Shown here piece by piece: positions 23,355-36,348 of a stretch of 62,427 nucleotides of DNA. The stretch comes from Chiloscyllium plagiosum (lineage: Eukaryota): assembly GCF_004010195.1 (NCBI RefSeq), contig NC_057752.1:9064766-9127192 (forward strand), read 5' to 3'. The position numbers and the translations under genes are program-made. Numbering within the stretch: position 1 is the first letter of the stretch; every line of letters starts with the position of its first letter. The notes below the pieces were generated by a model that was not told the DNA's origin, did not search any database, and saw only the letters and a list, made by a program, of their open reading frames with translations.

Positions 23355-25282
23355 CCCATATGAGGTTTCTTTGTGACATTGTCTATGCTTCACAAGGTCT
23401 GAAAACAGTGCTGAGGATTCTTAAGGAAATTCCTCCAAATACCACTGTGCCACCACCTTTGCCCCATCTGTCCTACCAATGGGACAGGAAATACCCAGGG
23501 AAAGTGATAATGGTGTCTGTAAACTATGATTCCATGGAGTATGACTATATCAAGCAACAGATTGACTAGTCTGTGCGACAACTCTCCCAATTTTGGCACT
23601 AGTCCTCAGATGTTAGTAAGGATGACTTTGCAGGGTTACAGAGTTGTTCCTGCCATTTATAATTCCAGTGCCTCAGTTGATACCAAGTGGACCATCCAGT
23701 TTCATTACTTTCTTTGCACCTTGAGCCATTTAGGTGCCATTTCAGAAAGTAGTTTAAAGTGAACCAAATTGCTGAGTCTGGAGTCCCATGTCGGTCAGAG
23801 CAAACAAGTTTCCTTCTTTAAAAAGGACATTAGTAGACCAGATGGGTTTTTACAACAACTGATAAATCCTGGTCATCATTGAAACTTTAAATTATTAGAT
23901 TTTTTTTTAAACTCAAATTCCACCATTTTCCATGGTGCAATTCAAATCCAGGTCCCCAGAGCGTGACCTGGGCTTCTTGATTACTAACCCCGTGACAAAC
24001 TAGATTTTGTCTGTTTGACCCTGGTCAATGTGTGGCCCCAGTGGCATCATCCCGAAGATCGGCATATTGTTGGATTGTGCGGGCTTTCTCTTCTCACCAA
24101 TATCCTTTATCTTCTGGATTTGTCATTGGCTATCAACCTCGAGTGATTGGAATGCTGGCAGCTTCAGTTGTGACCTTGAATTGTTCTGCCAGGCAATGAA
24201 GGCTGCTCTTGTCTGTCCAGGAGATCACATATTTGAGCATCATTTTCATTAATCTAATCCTGATGACAGTGATGATCGAGCACAAGTCTACAGCGCAGTT
24301 GACTTTATTTGATCTGAAGATTTTCTTGATCGTGTGTGATCGACTCTTGAAACTCCTTCCTTCTCTTAGGTGGTTTTAGGGCTGATCTATCTCCTCTTGA
24401 ACATATGGGCCTTGTCATGTCTGGTGCTAAGTAATACTTCATCATGGATTGAAAAGGTTGACAGCCTAACCAGCAGGTGTTTTTTTTTAATTCAGTGGTG
24501 AGATAGGGGCTTTGTCAGCTGGCCAGTATTTATTATCCATCCTTAGTTGTCCTTGGGAAAAAGTGGTGGTGAGCTGCAGTTCCTTGACCTACAATGCTCT
24601 TAAGCAAGGAAATTCCTGAATTTTGACCCAGCAACAGCGAAGGAACAGCAATATATTTCCAATTCAGCGTAATAAGTCCCCTGACATGGAGTAAGTATGC
24701 GATACAGACATCAATAACTTTGACGTGAATAATTATTTAGTCAAGGAAATGCCACTGCTTTGATCTAAGACATGAATCTGTATTTGCCCTTCTACTGGAA
24801 GAGGATGCTGGTTATAATGAGGCCAAGCTAAGAACACTGTCAGCAGAATACCATTTGCATTGGCTGTTCTCCACAGTTGTGCTCCAGACCTTGGAATCAT
24901 GGCGAGCCCTGGCTTTACAGTTCCCCTATAGGATTATTTTTCTTTGTTGGGAGAGCAGAGGGGACTTAAAAAGGTCAGAATAAAGCTTTCCCTTAACATC
25001 TTCATTGGAGTCAGATTGGGGTAAAGCACCAAAATGACAGTGGCACATTGGTTACAACTGAACTGTATGTGAAGTGTCATTAGTCCTTCATTAGATACAC
25101 TGTGTGAGCTCCCAAATCCTATTCCAGGTGAAAAAACCAACTCCGTGGACATGAAGTTTGCTGTTACTCTACCCTTACCAACAGACAGTGTATCCTCCAA
25201 GGACATTAGATTTCCCTGGAGGGTGACAATGTCAATTTGATTGTCGTAATGGGTTGGGATAGGATCACATTTTTTCCATATA

Positions 25283-25502
25283 AAAATAAAAAATCAAAAG
25301 AACTGCGGTTACTGTAAATCAAACAAAAACAAATTGCTGGAAGAACTCAGCAAATCTGGCAGCACCAGTGGAAAGAAATCAGAGTTAACATTTCAGGTCC
25401 AGTGACCCTTCCACAGAACAGAGTTGAAAATGTCAACTGATTTTTTTTCCACTGGTGCTGCCAGACCTGCTGAGCTTTTCCAGCAATTGTGTTTTTTGGT
25501 TC
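25283..25502. mobile_element. Fold-back Penelope pLTR element, third family, decayed
   Basis: Inverted arms ~25321-25395 and ~25426-25500. Decayed minus-strand core CTGTGGA-AGGGTC-ACTG-GACCT-GAAATGTT. Confidence 0.8.
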
Positions 25503-26501
25503 AAATCGTTGCCTTTCTGGACAGCCACTTGTGAGATTATCCATGATTGTTCTAACATCTCAAATTTAAAGAGCTTTCTTTCTTTGATCAGAAAATGGCA
25601 GACCAGCCAGGTTTAAGTGGGACAGCCTGTTTTTTAAAAAAGCCATTTGAAAATAAGAGGCCACCCTCCCCATTCAGCATAAACAGAGGGTCTCCTGAAG
25701 TGGACTGCTCAGTCACAGATGCTGCTGTCTAAACACACCTCTGTGCAAATTCTTGCCTTGAAATTCCTAAGGTTCAAAGCCCTGTACCCATTGCTAATGC
25801 TCCATCTCCATGGGACTTGGCAAAAGGATCCTAGTAGAAGTCTGTACATGACTGCATTAAACATAGGCACCTTGGGATGTTGTCATTTTCAACACAATCT
25901 TGATGTTTTTATAAATGGATTTCAGTGGTGTGACAAGCCACAATGACCAGGACCACTGTTTCACTGCAGCCTTGAAGCTATGCAGGCAATCATGGCTGTT
26001 GTGATGGCAGAGCTACAGTTTCCAGCAGGGGTTAGCCACTAATGCAATGAGGCAGCACAGCACTGTGACATTCTCAAATTTTCATGCACAGACTTTCCAG
26101 CAAGTGGTAACTGGATAGCAAGCTAGAAGTAACCTGTCAGTAAGGGTGCCAATCACTTTTTAAAAAAGGAAGCATTTTCATGTGATTGCCTGTCACCCAG
26201 TGATCATTGGAATTGTTCTGTACCCCAAATCAACACAAAAACAAGGTTGTTTTGGTTTGCCCAATGGGAGTTTAGGAATATGCCAAGGCAGTCAGTGTTT
26301 TGTTCCCTTTTTGGCTAAGCCTTGGAAGTATTTTACTTCAAGTACAAATGTGATAAGATCCAGCTTTCAACCTTGATTTTCTTTGGAAGAGTTTCCAATG
26401 TCAAAAAAAAAGGCTTTTAAATTGCTGAATATTTTTCCTTTTATTTGATCTTTAAGCACACATTTGGACTGATTTTTGATTTTCTTGGCAAGAAAAGGTG
26501 T

Positions 26502-27008
26502 TTGCAAGGTTTGCAAAGGTTTGTAGCTCAGGTTGAGGTTTAGGGTGTAGGTTTGCTCGCTGAGTTGTAAGTTTGATATCCAGACGTTTCATTACCTGGC
26601 TAGGTATCATCATCAGTGGCAACCTCCAAGTGAATCGAAGCTGTTGTCTCCTGCTTTCTATATATATATCTTTCTCCTGGGTGGGGTTCCTGGGGTTTGT
26701 GGTGATGTCATTTCCTGTTCGTTTTCTGAGGGGTTGATAGATGGCATCTAGATCTGTGTGTTTGTTTATGGCGTTGTGGTTGGAGTGCCAGGCCTCTAGG
26801 AATTCTCTGGCATGTCTTTGCTTAGCCTGTCCCAGGATAGATGTGTTGTCACAGTCGAAATGGTGGTTTTTTTCATCCGTGTGTAGGGCTACGAGGGAGA
26901 GGGGGTCGTGTATTTTTGTGGCTAGCTGGTGTTCGTGTATCCTGGTGGCTAACTTTCTTCCTGTTTGTCCTACGTAGTGTTTGTGGCAGTCCTTGCATGG
27001 AATTTTGT
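26502..27008 (-). mobile_element. Penelope-like 3' fragment, second family (GIY-YIG + pLTR with hammerhead)
   Basis: Encodes KIPCKDCHKHYVGQTGRKLATRIHEH. TSD GCAAGAAAAGGTGT / GCAAGAAAAAGTGT (26488-26501, 27009-27022). Confidence 0.9.
26580..26619 (-). ncRNA. Minimal type I hammerhead ribozyme motif
   Basis: CCA-CTGATGA-TGATACCT-AGCC-AGGTAAT-GAAAC-GTC-TGG: intact core, stem I CCA/TGG, stem II TACCT/AGGTA, palindromic ACGT stem III. Activity untested. Confidence 0.75.
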
Positions 27009-27949
27009 GCAAGAAAAAGTGTGCAACTTTCAACTGAATCTCAAAGAAACTGGAACAGAACGCAGTTAGTAAAGTGAGATAATACTGCATATCAGCACCA
27101 ATGAAAGGGAAATGGATGTGGGGTGGCAACAAAGCAGATAAGTTAGTTTGCCCAGGGAACAGTGCAACTTTGTTCATTCCACCAATTAAGTAATCGGTAT
27201 TGGGGTCAATCTACACCTTAAGGATAATTCAATAAACTGGATAAGTTACTGACAAGTTAAACTCCCAGATAGAAACTTCTGTCCTGGCATAGTGAATACA
27301 GACAACATGGCTGCCACTTTTCTCCCCAACCCACCACAATGGGATAACCTTGTTATTCAGAGAACGGTCTCTGATCAGGCTCCATGCTCACTGTCGCAAT
27401 TAATACTGAAGTAAACTTATTTTCTCTATTACAGGTTTAATAGTTGCTGATACAAAAGGAGTCTTTATAACTCAGTAGTTTAGCAACATGACTACTATAT
27501 GGAATACCAGCAAACTCAGATTTTCTGTAAGATTAATTTTCCTTCATGTTTGTCCTTATGTTCTTCACCATCGGCAGCTTTCACATTTTATTTTTGGCTG
27601 ACACACTAATGAACCAATCTGTTTCCTCTCTTTACTTGATGTGTCCTTAGGCATCTGCTCCAAACAGATGTTATTAGCTTTGTGATGTAATGAATGGGTG
27701 CACCTAGCAACCAGCTCATATGCTTCTCCACACCAGTTGTGATGTGTTCTATGCTTAAAGGCCACTTCAGAATTTAGTGTTGAATACAGATTTAATAATT
27801 ACATTCAGCAGATCTAAGGCTCAAACTATGATTGGTTTAGGTGATTTGGATTCCCAGCATCTCATAACTTGAGCAATAACTGACAGTGGAAGGGAAGATG
27901 TATACCATTAGTCAAAACAGAAGCTATAGAGCTGGGCCTTCAGTGTAGC

Positions 27950-28163
27950 ACAGGCAAAATCGACGTTTCGGGCAAAAGCCCTTCATCAGGAATAAAGGCA
28001 GAGGGCCTGAAGCGTGGAGAGATAAGCTAGCCTTTATTCCTGATGAAGGGCTTTTGCCCGAAACGTCGATTTTGCCTGTCTTCGGATGCTGCCTGAATTG
28101 CTGTGCTCTTCCAGCACCACTGATCCAGAATCTGGTTTCCAGCATCTGCAGTCATTGTTTTTA
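27950..28163. mobile_element. Short fold-back Penelope pLTR element with a hammerhead motif on both strands
   Basis: Perfect 50-bp inverted repeat (27950-27999 / 28030-28079). 12-bp TSD CTTCAGTGTAGC (27938-27949, 28164-28175). Confidence 0.92.
28036..28071 (+). ncRNA. Minimal hammerhead motif, with a mirror copy on the minus strand at 27958-27993
   Basis: ATTC-CTGATGA-AGGGC-TTTT-GCCC-GAAAC-GTC-GATT. Confidence 0.75.
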
Positions 28164-30731
28164 CTTCAGTGTAGCTGCCTGTTATCAACTCCAATCAGCC
28201 ACAAGGGAAGGCAATGACTCTAAATTCATTGTAAGAAAACTCTTAAGAGGAGTTGGCTACAAAGTGCCTTCTGAAAAAAAACTACAAGTTTAATTTCCTA
28301 TTGATTAGGACTTGTAGGTCCAATGTATTACAGTTAATAAGCACCACCTAGATCATCTGAAATTATTATGGAATTGATTTGGCTTCAAAACGTGATGTGG
28401 CTGATCACCTTCTGAATTTTCTTTTCCTCCCTCCCTTTCTGCAATCCAGTCTTGAGCCTGTAAAAGATGTTGTGGTGGGGGGTGGGGGGCAGTAAGGTGG
28501 GAGTAATATACTTTTGCGTTCAAATAGGGAGCTGCTGGTGAATCAGGAAATTTTAAGCACTCTTGCAGATGGATTGTCATTGCTGTATCGGTGCAGACAA
28601 TACTGAGAAACACTCAATTCTTTCATCAGTGGCCAATATTCCATTAATGCAGTGCTGTCTAGTAGAAACCACTGACAAGTCAGAGGTGTATCGGGGTGAT
28701 ATTTTAACCCCATCTCAGTAAAACATCTCATTACAGGTAGGTGTATTTCATGTGTATCCTTATTCCAGAAACCACCTACCATTCAGTAATAAAAACATTT
28801 ACACACACAAATGGACAAAATCACTCATTTTTTTTTCATCATATATTTTAACCAAAAACTGAGGTCATAGTTTACATGTACACTGGAAAAAAAAAGAGTA
28901 CGGAGATCAACAATAGTGTCTATTATTGAATTTTTATTTGCTGATAGGAATGTGTAATTATTCCAAACTATATTTCCAGCTAGCTGCACTTTGATGCATT
29001 GGGCAACATTTGATTTAATTCTCAATTCAACTAATCTGTGAAATCAAATGAAGGGGGATAAAGGATCAGAACTAATGTGTGGCATGGAATAACAAATTCC
29101 TTTGGCTGCTTCCATCAGCCTCCAGTGTTTCTATTAATGTCCCCCAAATACTGAGGCCTGTACTGGAGCACATTTTCACTGTTGCAGGTCAAATAAAGAG
29201 GGAGTAAACCTTGTACAAGTGCTGTAAAGCACATTCTACTTATACGTCATTTAACAGTAGCTGGTTGCAGTACGTCAGGAGAGAGAGCTACCTTCAGGCC
29301 ACTGGTATTGGGCAAAAGCACCTGTAGATGAAGGTGTTCATTAGATCAAATTTCAGGCACAAATTGATCAAGAATCCTCTATATAAACATTGCACAAGTT
29401 CACAGAAAAAAATCCAGTAATTTAACAGTCTCGGTTCTGTATTATCAGAGTGAAACAGCAGGTCATCGTTACCTTCAAAAACAAGGTTAAAGAAACTTTG
29501 AATCACAAGTGACCTCAAAACACACTCCTCCCCCAACGCAACCCAGTTCACAAACATGCTTGAGAGAAAGGCATGGGAGAAAGCAGGTTTTTCAACTGTT
29601 TTCCTATCAGCCATGATTGAATGGCAGCCCATTCAAATGGGCCGAATGGCCTAATTTCTACTGCTGCCTTATGGTCTTACAGTGGAGCTTTATCTTGACA
29701 GTACTCCTTGTGATGAAGGTTTGTTACAAGTTGTTGTAAAGCACCCCACCTCCTGAGCAAGGAGTAGCATAATGCAAATTTAAAATCCCCCAAACCCCCC
29801 AGCATAATTAACAATTCTTTGGGGTGTACAAGGAGCTTTCTATAAAATGTTTGGTTTCACTTTGCTTCCCAAAGACAGGAGTGGAATTTCAATACTCCAG
29901 TTTGAAGATTCAAACCAATCTGAGGATGGCTTATTGACAAAAGGTAGTGTGTTCCTGTACAAGTCGTTTCCTTTTCTGCAGAAATTCACTTCAGCATAAT
30001 TAACTATACAAATTATGTCATGGATGCTACTCTGAAATCACTAGTGTAGATTGGAAGCAGACATCAGGTTCGGAGGAGAGAGAGGTTCAGCTATTACACT
30101 GGAGAGCTGCATTTGATAATCTACAACTATGCACTCCAGGTTAAAAGAATGTTACAATACTGGAAAGAGTGAATGCCTTTCTCTGGAATAAAGAGCCAGC
30201 AGTCGATGAGTGTATGTGGATCATCACAGCCCAGAGATACGGAGAACTATCCAACCATGCTCGTAGCAATATTAGCCTAAAGCACAGAAAGAAACAAACA
30301 CAGTTTCAGGAATCATTGTTCCATTCAGCCCTTAGCCTCTTGAATTATCTGGGAGAAAGTCATATTTGTGGTCTTTATCTGACTTAAGTGCATTTCAATA
30401 GACTTAGATATTAGATGGAGTTTCTTAACAGTCCTTGTATTGGGTAGTGCTACTTTCTATTTTGAGCCTTTTGTATTGGCAAGGCAAATAGTTCCATGCC
30501 TTTAACATGGAAATCAGTGTAACATCTGAGAAGCAGGTAGACCTTCTGAACCAACGTTCCCAGCAAAAAAAAAAGGAAACAAAAAATTATTTTTAAAAAG
30601 TTAAAAAGGTAACTAGGAAAATGAAGTCCCACAGATTTCCCAAGCAATCAAGGGAGAGCCACGCGCATAAAGGCTCCCATAGCCAAGATGATCCCAATAG
30701 TATCACAGCCAATACCCTGGCAGTAGAATTG

Positions 30732-31885
30732 GAGTTTAATTTATTGTCACGTGTATTGACAAGCTAGGTCTTGCGAGCAGTACAGGCAGATCACAGTTAA
30801 ATAGTATAGATAAGTAAATAATAGAAAAACAGCAAAAACACCGGTACAGACAAATTCTAAGAGTTTGAGAGTCCATTCAGTATTCTAACAGCAGGAGGGT
30901 AGAAACTGTTTCAAAACCGGCTGGTGCATGTTCAGGCTTCTGTACCTTCTCCCCGATGGTAGAGATTGTAGAAAAACATTGCCAGGGTGGGATGGATCTT
31001 TGAGAATGCTGGCAGCCTTTCCTTGACAGCGGGCCTGGTAGGTGGATTCTATAGATGGGAGGTTGGCCTTTGTGATTGTCCAGGCCGAGTTCACCACTCT
31101 CTGTAACCGTCTCTGATCTTGAATGGTACAGTTAGCATACCAGGTAGTGATACGTACAGATAGAATGCTCTCTATGGCGCATCTATAAAAAGTTGACAAG
31201 GGTATTCATCGTCATGCCAAATTTTCCTCAGCTGCCCGAGGAAGGAGAGGTTGTTTGGTCTTTGTAACCAGTGCGTCCACATGAAGTGTCCAAGGAAGCT
31301 TGTTGTTGATGACCATTCCCAGGAGCTTGACACTCTCCACACGTTCCACCTCTGTGCTGTTAATGTGTAGGGGAGCATGACTAACATCCCGCCAAAAGTC
31401 AATAATGAGTTCCTTCGTTTTGCTGTATTTGAGAGCTAGGTTGTTCTCAGTGCACCATTTTTCCAGGTCTTCCACCTCCTGTCTGTCGTCTGTTTTGTCA
31501 CTATCTGAGATTCGACCAACTATGGTGGTGTCATCAGCAAACATTTAAATGGCATTCGGTGATGCAGTCATGGGTATACAGTGAGTATAGTAGGGGGCTG
31601 AGTACGCACCCCTTGGGGCTCCAGCATTGAGTGTGAGTGAGGATGAAATTTGTCCCCAGTCTTCACTGATTGTGGTCTGTGGGTCAGGAAACTGAGGATC
31701 CAGTTGAGGAGAGTGGGGCTTAGTCTGAAGTCACTAAGTATAGTAATCAGTCAAGGGGATAATAGTGTTGAAGGCTGAACTGCAGTCAATGAGTAGGATT
31801 CTTACGTAGCTGTTCTTGGTGTCAAGATGTTCTAGGGAGGAGTGAAGAGTAAGTGATATGGCATCTGACGTGGATCTGTTGGTCC
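30732..31885 (-). mobile_element. Rex1/Babar-type non-LTR retrotransposon fragment
   Basis: [35 protein letters not shown] and FYRCAIESIL motifs. Confidence 0.9.
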
Positions 31886-32877
31886 ACGTCCAATAGGTTG
31901 GGTTTACTGTAAAAGCATAGATCAGGGAATTGACCCACCACATTAAGCACTGCCCAGCATTTGTTATTCCTCTTTCCCCCAAGAGAGGCCTCACCCTCTT
32001 ATCCTGTCAGATGAGATACGACTTGGAGGACTGGGCACCTTTATATATGAATGCTAAAGGTGCCTAATTTAGCAGTCATTGTTTAGTTGGTACCACCCTT
32101 GCTTCCAATTAAGAAAATTGTAGATTCAAGTCAGACTGCAGAATATAGACAGCTGATCTTAGTGCAGTGCTGGAGGAATGCAATGTTTAATCTAAGGTCC
32201 TGTCTACTCTCTCAGGGGGATGCAAAAGATTCAATGGCACTACTAGAAGAGCATGCAAGTTGTCCCCTAGCCATTTAACCCTCAAAAAAAAGGTTTCTGG
32301 TTTTCATCAGATCAGTTTGTGGGAGCTTGCAGTATGTAGATAGGGTGCTGAATTTCAAATGAAATATTTTTTAAAAAAATTTATTTCTGCAGCCATGCTT
32401 TGCACAAGTTACTGAAAAATGTAATGAAGGATAACAGGTATGAGCAACTTTGAATCACAACAGTAACTAGTGCCATCAAAACACACCCTTCCCTCAAAGT
32501 AACCCAGTTCACAAACAATATTGTACTTGTCTCAAAAGGGGATTGGAGGTCTCTATTTTCTGGGATTGTTAGATTTCATTTAGCTGCTCATTCTAAATGT
32601 AGGCTATTTACCAGACATGAGACAGTTATTGCAAAATTGAAGATCAATCCAAAAAGGAGACATTAAGCAATACACAAACCTATAGAGTGAGCTGTTAAGT
32701 GAGATATCATTACAAATTGTTTCAGAGTGTACTGGATCCCTAGTTCATTTTTGCTTGCAAAGTTGGTAGTTTTTCCATTCACATTTCTTGGGCATCCCAA
32801 CCTGCCTTGTGACCCATTCCATTTTTAGCAATTGTTTTGATACAACCAAATGACTTGCTAGGCCACTTTAGAGGGCA

Positions 32878-32966
32878 CGCGAAGAGTGCAATGCTGGAAA
32901 AGCACAGCCGGTCAGGCAGCATCAGAGGAGCAGGAGAGTCAACATTTCTAACATCATCCCTTCATG
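32878..32966 (-). mobile_element. Short decayed Penelope pLTR
   Basis: Homologous to 59636-59717. 12-bp TSD CTTTAGAGGGCA (32866-32877, 32967-32978). Confidence 0.82.
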
Positions 32967-33690
32967 CTTTAGAGGGCAATTAAGAACAAACCAATTACCT
33001 TGCTATGGTTACACAGTCACATTTCATCCAGAACAATTAAGGACAATAGGTAATCTTTCCATAAAAAGGAAAGAAAATAACCAGTTGGATAGCAGCTTTA
33101 AAAAGGGCAACAATTACATTGGATCAATTTCTATTACAGCACACACCCAACTGGAGCTTTGACTTTGAAAGTCCCCTTTGCACTTCCAGCTATTGAGCAC
33201 AGTAAGATGAGAGATCAGGACTCTTGGGGAGTCCTGAACAGTGACAAGGCAGATGGTATTATCAGGTAACAGGTGAAGTCTGTGTAACATATTTCTTTGA
33301 TAAACAGATGGGGTATGATGCAATGACAATTACTGGTGTCTCGCCAGCAGATAGTTTATGTGCAGAGTAGGACGTCATAATTAAACGGTTTCAATAGTTG
33401 GGCATCTTTCAAAGAAGAGTTTAAATTGTTTGTTTGTTGCATTGAGTCAGAGGGGTTGTGTAAAATTTTGTCACTTGGCCCTCCTCAATAATTCCTCAAA
33501 ATCAAGATTTGGCTAAAGTTTTTCCATGCCCACAAAATCCAAATTCCCTTTTCCTTATTACATATTAGGGTAGAGCAATATCAAGGGCTGTGTATAGTTT
33601 TCAGATGCAACCAGGTTGGAGGGCACAGAATAAATTAGACCAGGATAAAAATCTAACTTAGTCCCCATTCAAAAGCAATTCAATCCTTAC

Positions 33691-34309
33691 TGTTAAGGAT
33701 TTAATAAACGTGTAAGGTAAAGGGTTAAAAAATTGTGCAGAATAAGCGAAAAGGTGTTGTTTCTGTAAAAGCTTACATTATAAAATTAGGCTGTGCGTAC
33801 CAATACTAAACAGTGAGAAGCGAAAACAGGTAGAATTATCTATGACTAATAGGACAGAGCAACCGTGTAGCAGGATGTACCAGTAACAGGAGAATAGTGT
33901 GCCAGTCGCAGGAAGGATGTGCCAAACAGATGGAATTTAGTTTGGCAGGATGATCACACAAAGACAGCAAACTATGCCAGGATAGTCACATATAAGGAAT
34001 GAGATAAATAAGAGTAAGGGGCGACAGGCTTAGAGTAATGGGAGAAGTAAACATAGGCGGAGAGAAGCTAGACAAAGGTGGAGTGAAGCTAGAGCTTGTG
34101 ATGGCTACGCGCTACAGCAAAAGTAACCAATGGGGTGAAAGGGGAGGACCGAGAGACACAGCTGAACTGCATAAATCAGAATGTAACTCTCAGATCAGGG
34201 TGCTTACTCGTTAGGCACCCGTTCTTGCAAGTTCGTATCAATAAAATTCGCTGCTTCAGAATTTGACTCGGACTGAAATTTATTAATGTGTTTCTCACAA
34301 AAAGAAACA
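33691..34309 (+). mobile_element. Solo LTR (ERV/LTR retroelement)
   Basis: TGTT...AACA ends with flanks CTTAC/CTTAT (5 bp, 1 mismatch). Internal sub-repeats, then CCAAT (~34128), CATAAAT (~34170) and AATAAA (34240-34245) in LTR order. Confidence 0.7.
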
Positions 34310-34754
34310 CTTATGTTCACATTTATAGTTGGAATTGTTAAATATGTTTACATATGCAGTGTAGAAAGTGTAGTGCCTTCACTGGTTGGAGGACATCATT
34401 GCAGTGAAATAAAATTACACAAATAGTTTCCATTATAAATTCCCCTTTGTCAACTATTTTTCATTATCAATATGCAAAGTATGTGCAGTCTAATTTTTTT
34501 TTAAGATTAATAGATTCCAGTATATTGCAGGAGAAACAATACTTAAACCATCTTACAGTACTTTTCAATTTTAATGTCTCATTCAACTCTAGTTTTTACA
34601 CAATTCTTTCCAAATGCAACTTCAGTTAGTTGGTTTTACAGTGAAAAATAGTGATTTCAAAATAATTGAAACTGATATTTAACAAATTCTTATTGCAACT
34701 ATAGAGGGGTTTGGTGAGTGCACTCCTACAGTAGTGTGTAGCTTTGTTTAAATA

Positions 34755-34985
34755 TTAGTGAGTTTTGAGAAGATTTGTAGCTCAGGTTGAGGTTCTGGAT
34801 GTAGGTTTGCTCACTGAGCTGAGAGGTTCATTGTTCAAATGTTTTTGTCACTATACTAGGTAACATCTTCAGAGGGCCTCTGGATGAAGCACTGGTAGTG
34901 TAGCCCGCTTTCTATTTGTGTTTGGGTTTCCTTGGGTTGGTGATGCCATTTCTTGTTCTTTTTCTCAAGGGGTTTAACTATGTTT
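34755..34985 (-). mobile_element. Penelope pLTR copy (second family), decayed
   Basis: Homologous to 3897-4100 and 26520-26740. Confidence 0.8.
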
Positions 34986-35187
34986 GACAGAGGGATTGGG
35001 ACAAAGGTTGACCAGACTAATTCCTGGGATGGAGGGATGGTCTTGAAGACAGATTAAATAGATTGGGGCTTTATTCTTTATTATTTTTATTAAACAAATG
35101 AGAAGTGATCCTATTGAATCATAAAATTCTTCCATGGCCTGACAGGGTAGGTGTAGGAAGGATGCTTCCCCTGGCTGTAGGGTCTAG

Positions 35188-35222
35188 GACAAAGACAAAG
35201 ACAAAGACAAAGACAAAGACAA
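35188..35222 (+). repeat. (GACAAA)n hexanucleotide microsatellite inside an old CR1 3' fragment
   Basis: Nearly six perfect units. Confidence 0.95.
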
Positions 35223-36042
35223 TCTCAGAATCAGGTCAATGCTATTTAGGACTGAGAGGAGAAGGAATTTCTTCAGAGAGTGGTGAATCTTTGGAATTCT
35301 TTATCAAAGGACTGTAAAGACTCAATAGTGGTGTATTTTCAAGACAGATTTCTACATACTAAAAACATCAAGGAATATGGAAGCTGCATAGGAAAATGTC
35401 AAAGACAAAATTCAGCGGGGACTGCACTGAACGGTCGCCTCCTGCTCTAATGTTCTTCAAAGTACACTGCATTTTACAAAAACTGTTTTACTGAAATCCT
35501 GGGTGTTTCATTTTAGGTACACCAGATAAAACCTTTTAGCCAAGAGTATTCAGAAAAGCACCTGGCCTTTCAGAACCTTCAAAATGATCTGTACAAAGAG
35601 GCAGGATCACAAAGATATTTACAAAAATCTTTTGTAAACCCATGAACAAAGCTGTAATTTGCTGAATGCAGTAAACAATCTGAGCAAGAAATGGCCTGAG
35701 CCTGTTTACATTCAATTAACAATTTAGAAATGCTGCTTCTAATATGCAACCATTTCTTTAACTGGTGGAAACATTATGGCTATTTGCAGAAAGCTTTCAG
35801 TGTTCATAGAAGACAACACATCTCATGCATCTGTTGGTGCTTAGGATTTATCACCAATTAAACTCAATCACTGCACAAGTTCACTTTGTTTCCAATAGTC
35901 ACCTGACAATTATCAACCAGCCAATTAATAACCAGTGAATGGCCAAGAGGGCAGACTTCCAGATATGACTATTTCCTATGTCACCCACTTAGTAAGAAGT
36001 TGGAACCAGGAATTGGCCATTCAACCCTTCAAACCTGTTTTT

Positions 36043-36348
36043 GGATTGGATTACTTACAGTGTGGAAACAGGCCCTTTGGCCCAACAAGTCCACACCGCC
36101 CCACCGAAGCACAACCCACCCATACCCCTACATTTACCCCTTACCTAACACTACGGGAAATTTAGCATGGCCAATTCACCTGACCCTGCACATCTTTGTG
36201 ACTGTGGGAGGAAACCAGAGCACCCGGAGGAAACCCACGCAGACACGGGGAGAACGTGCAAACTCCACACAGTCAGTCGCCTGAGGCGGGTATTGAACCC
36301 AGGTCTCTGTGAGGCAGCAGTGCTAACCACTGTGCCACCGTGCCGCCC
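36043..36348 (-). mobile_element. HE1-type SINE
   Basis: Reverse-complement copy with GGGCGGCACGGTGGCACAGTGG head. Confidence 0.92.

Noticed and set aside
26452..27177. 241-aa ORF as a domesticated GIY-YIG gene
   Set aside because: A chance fusion of flanking DNA with a TSD-bounded Penelope fragment. No splice or promoter support.
33860..34100. Short spaced repeats resembling a CRISPR-like array
   Set aside because: Irregular, imperfect sub-repeats within an LTR U3 region in a vertebrate genome, with no cas genes.
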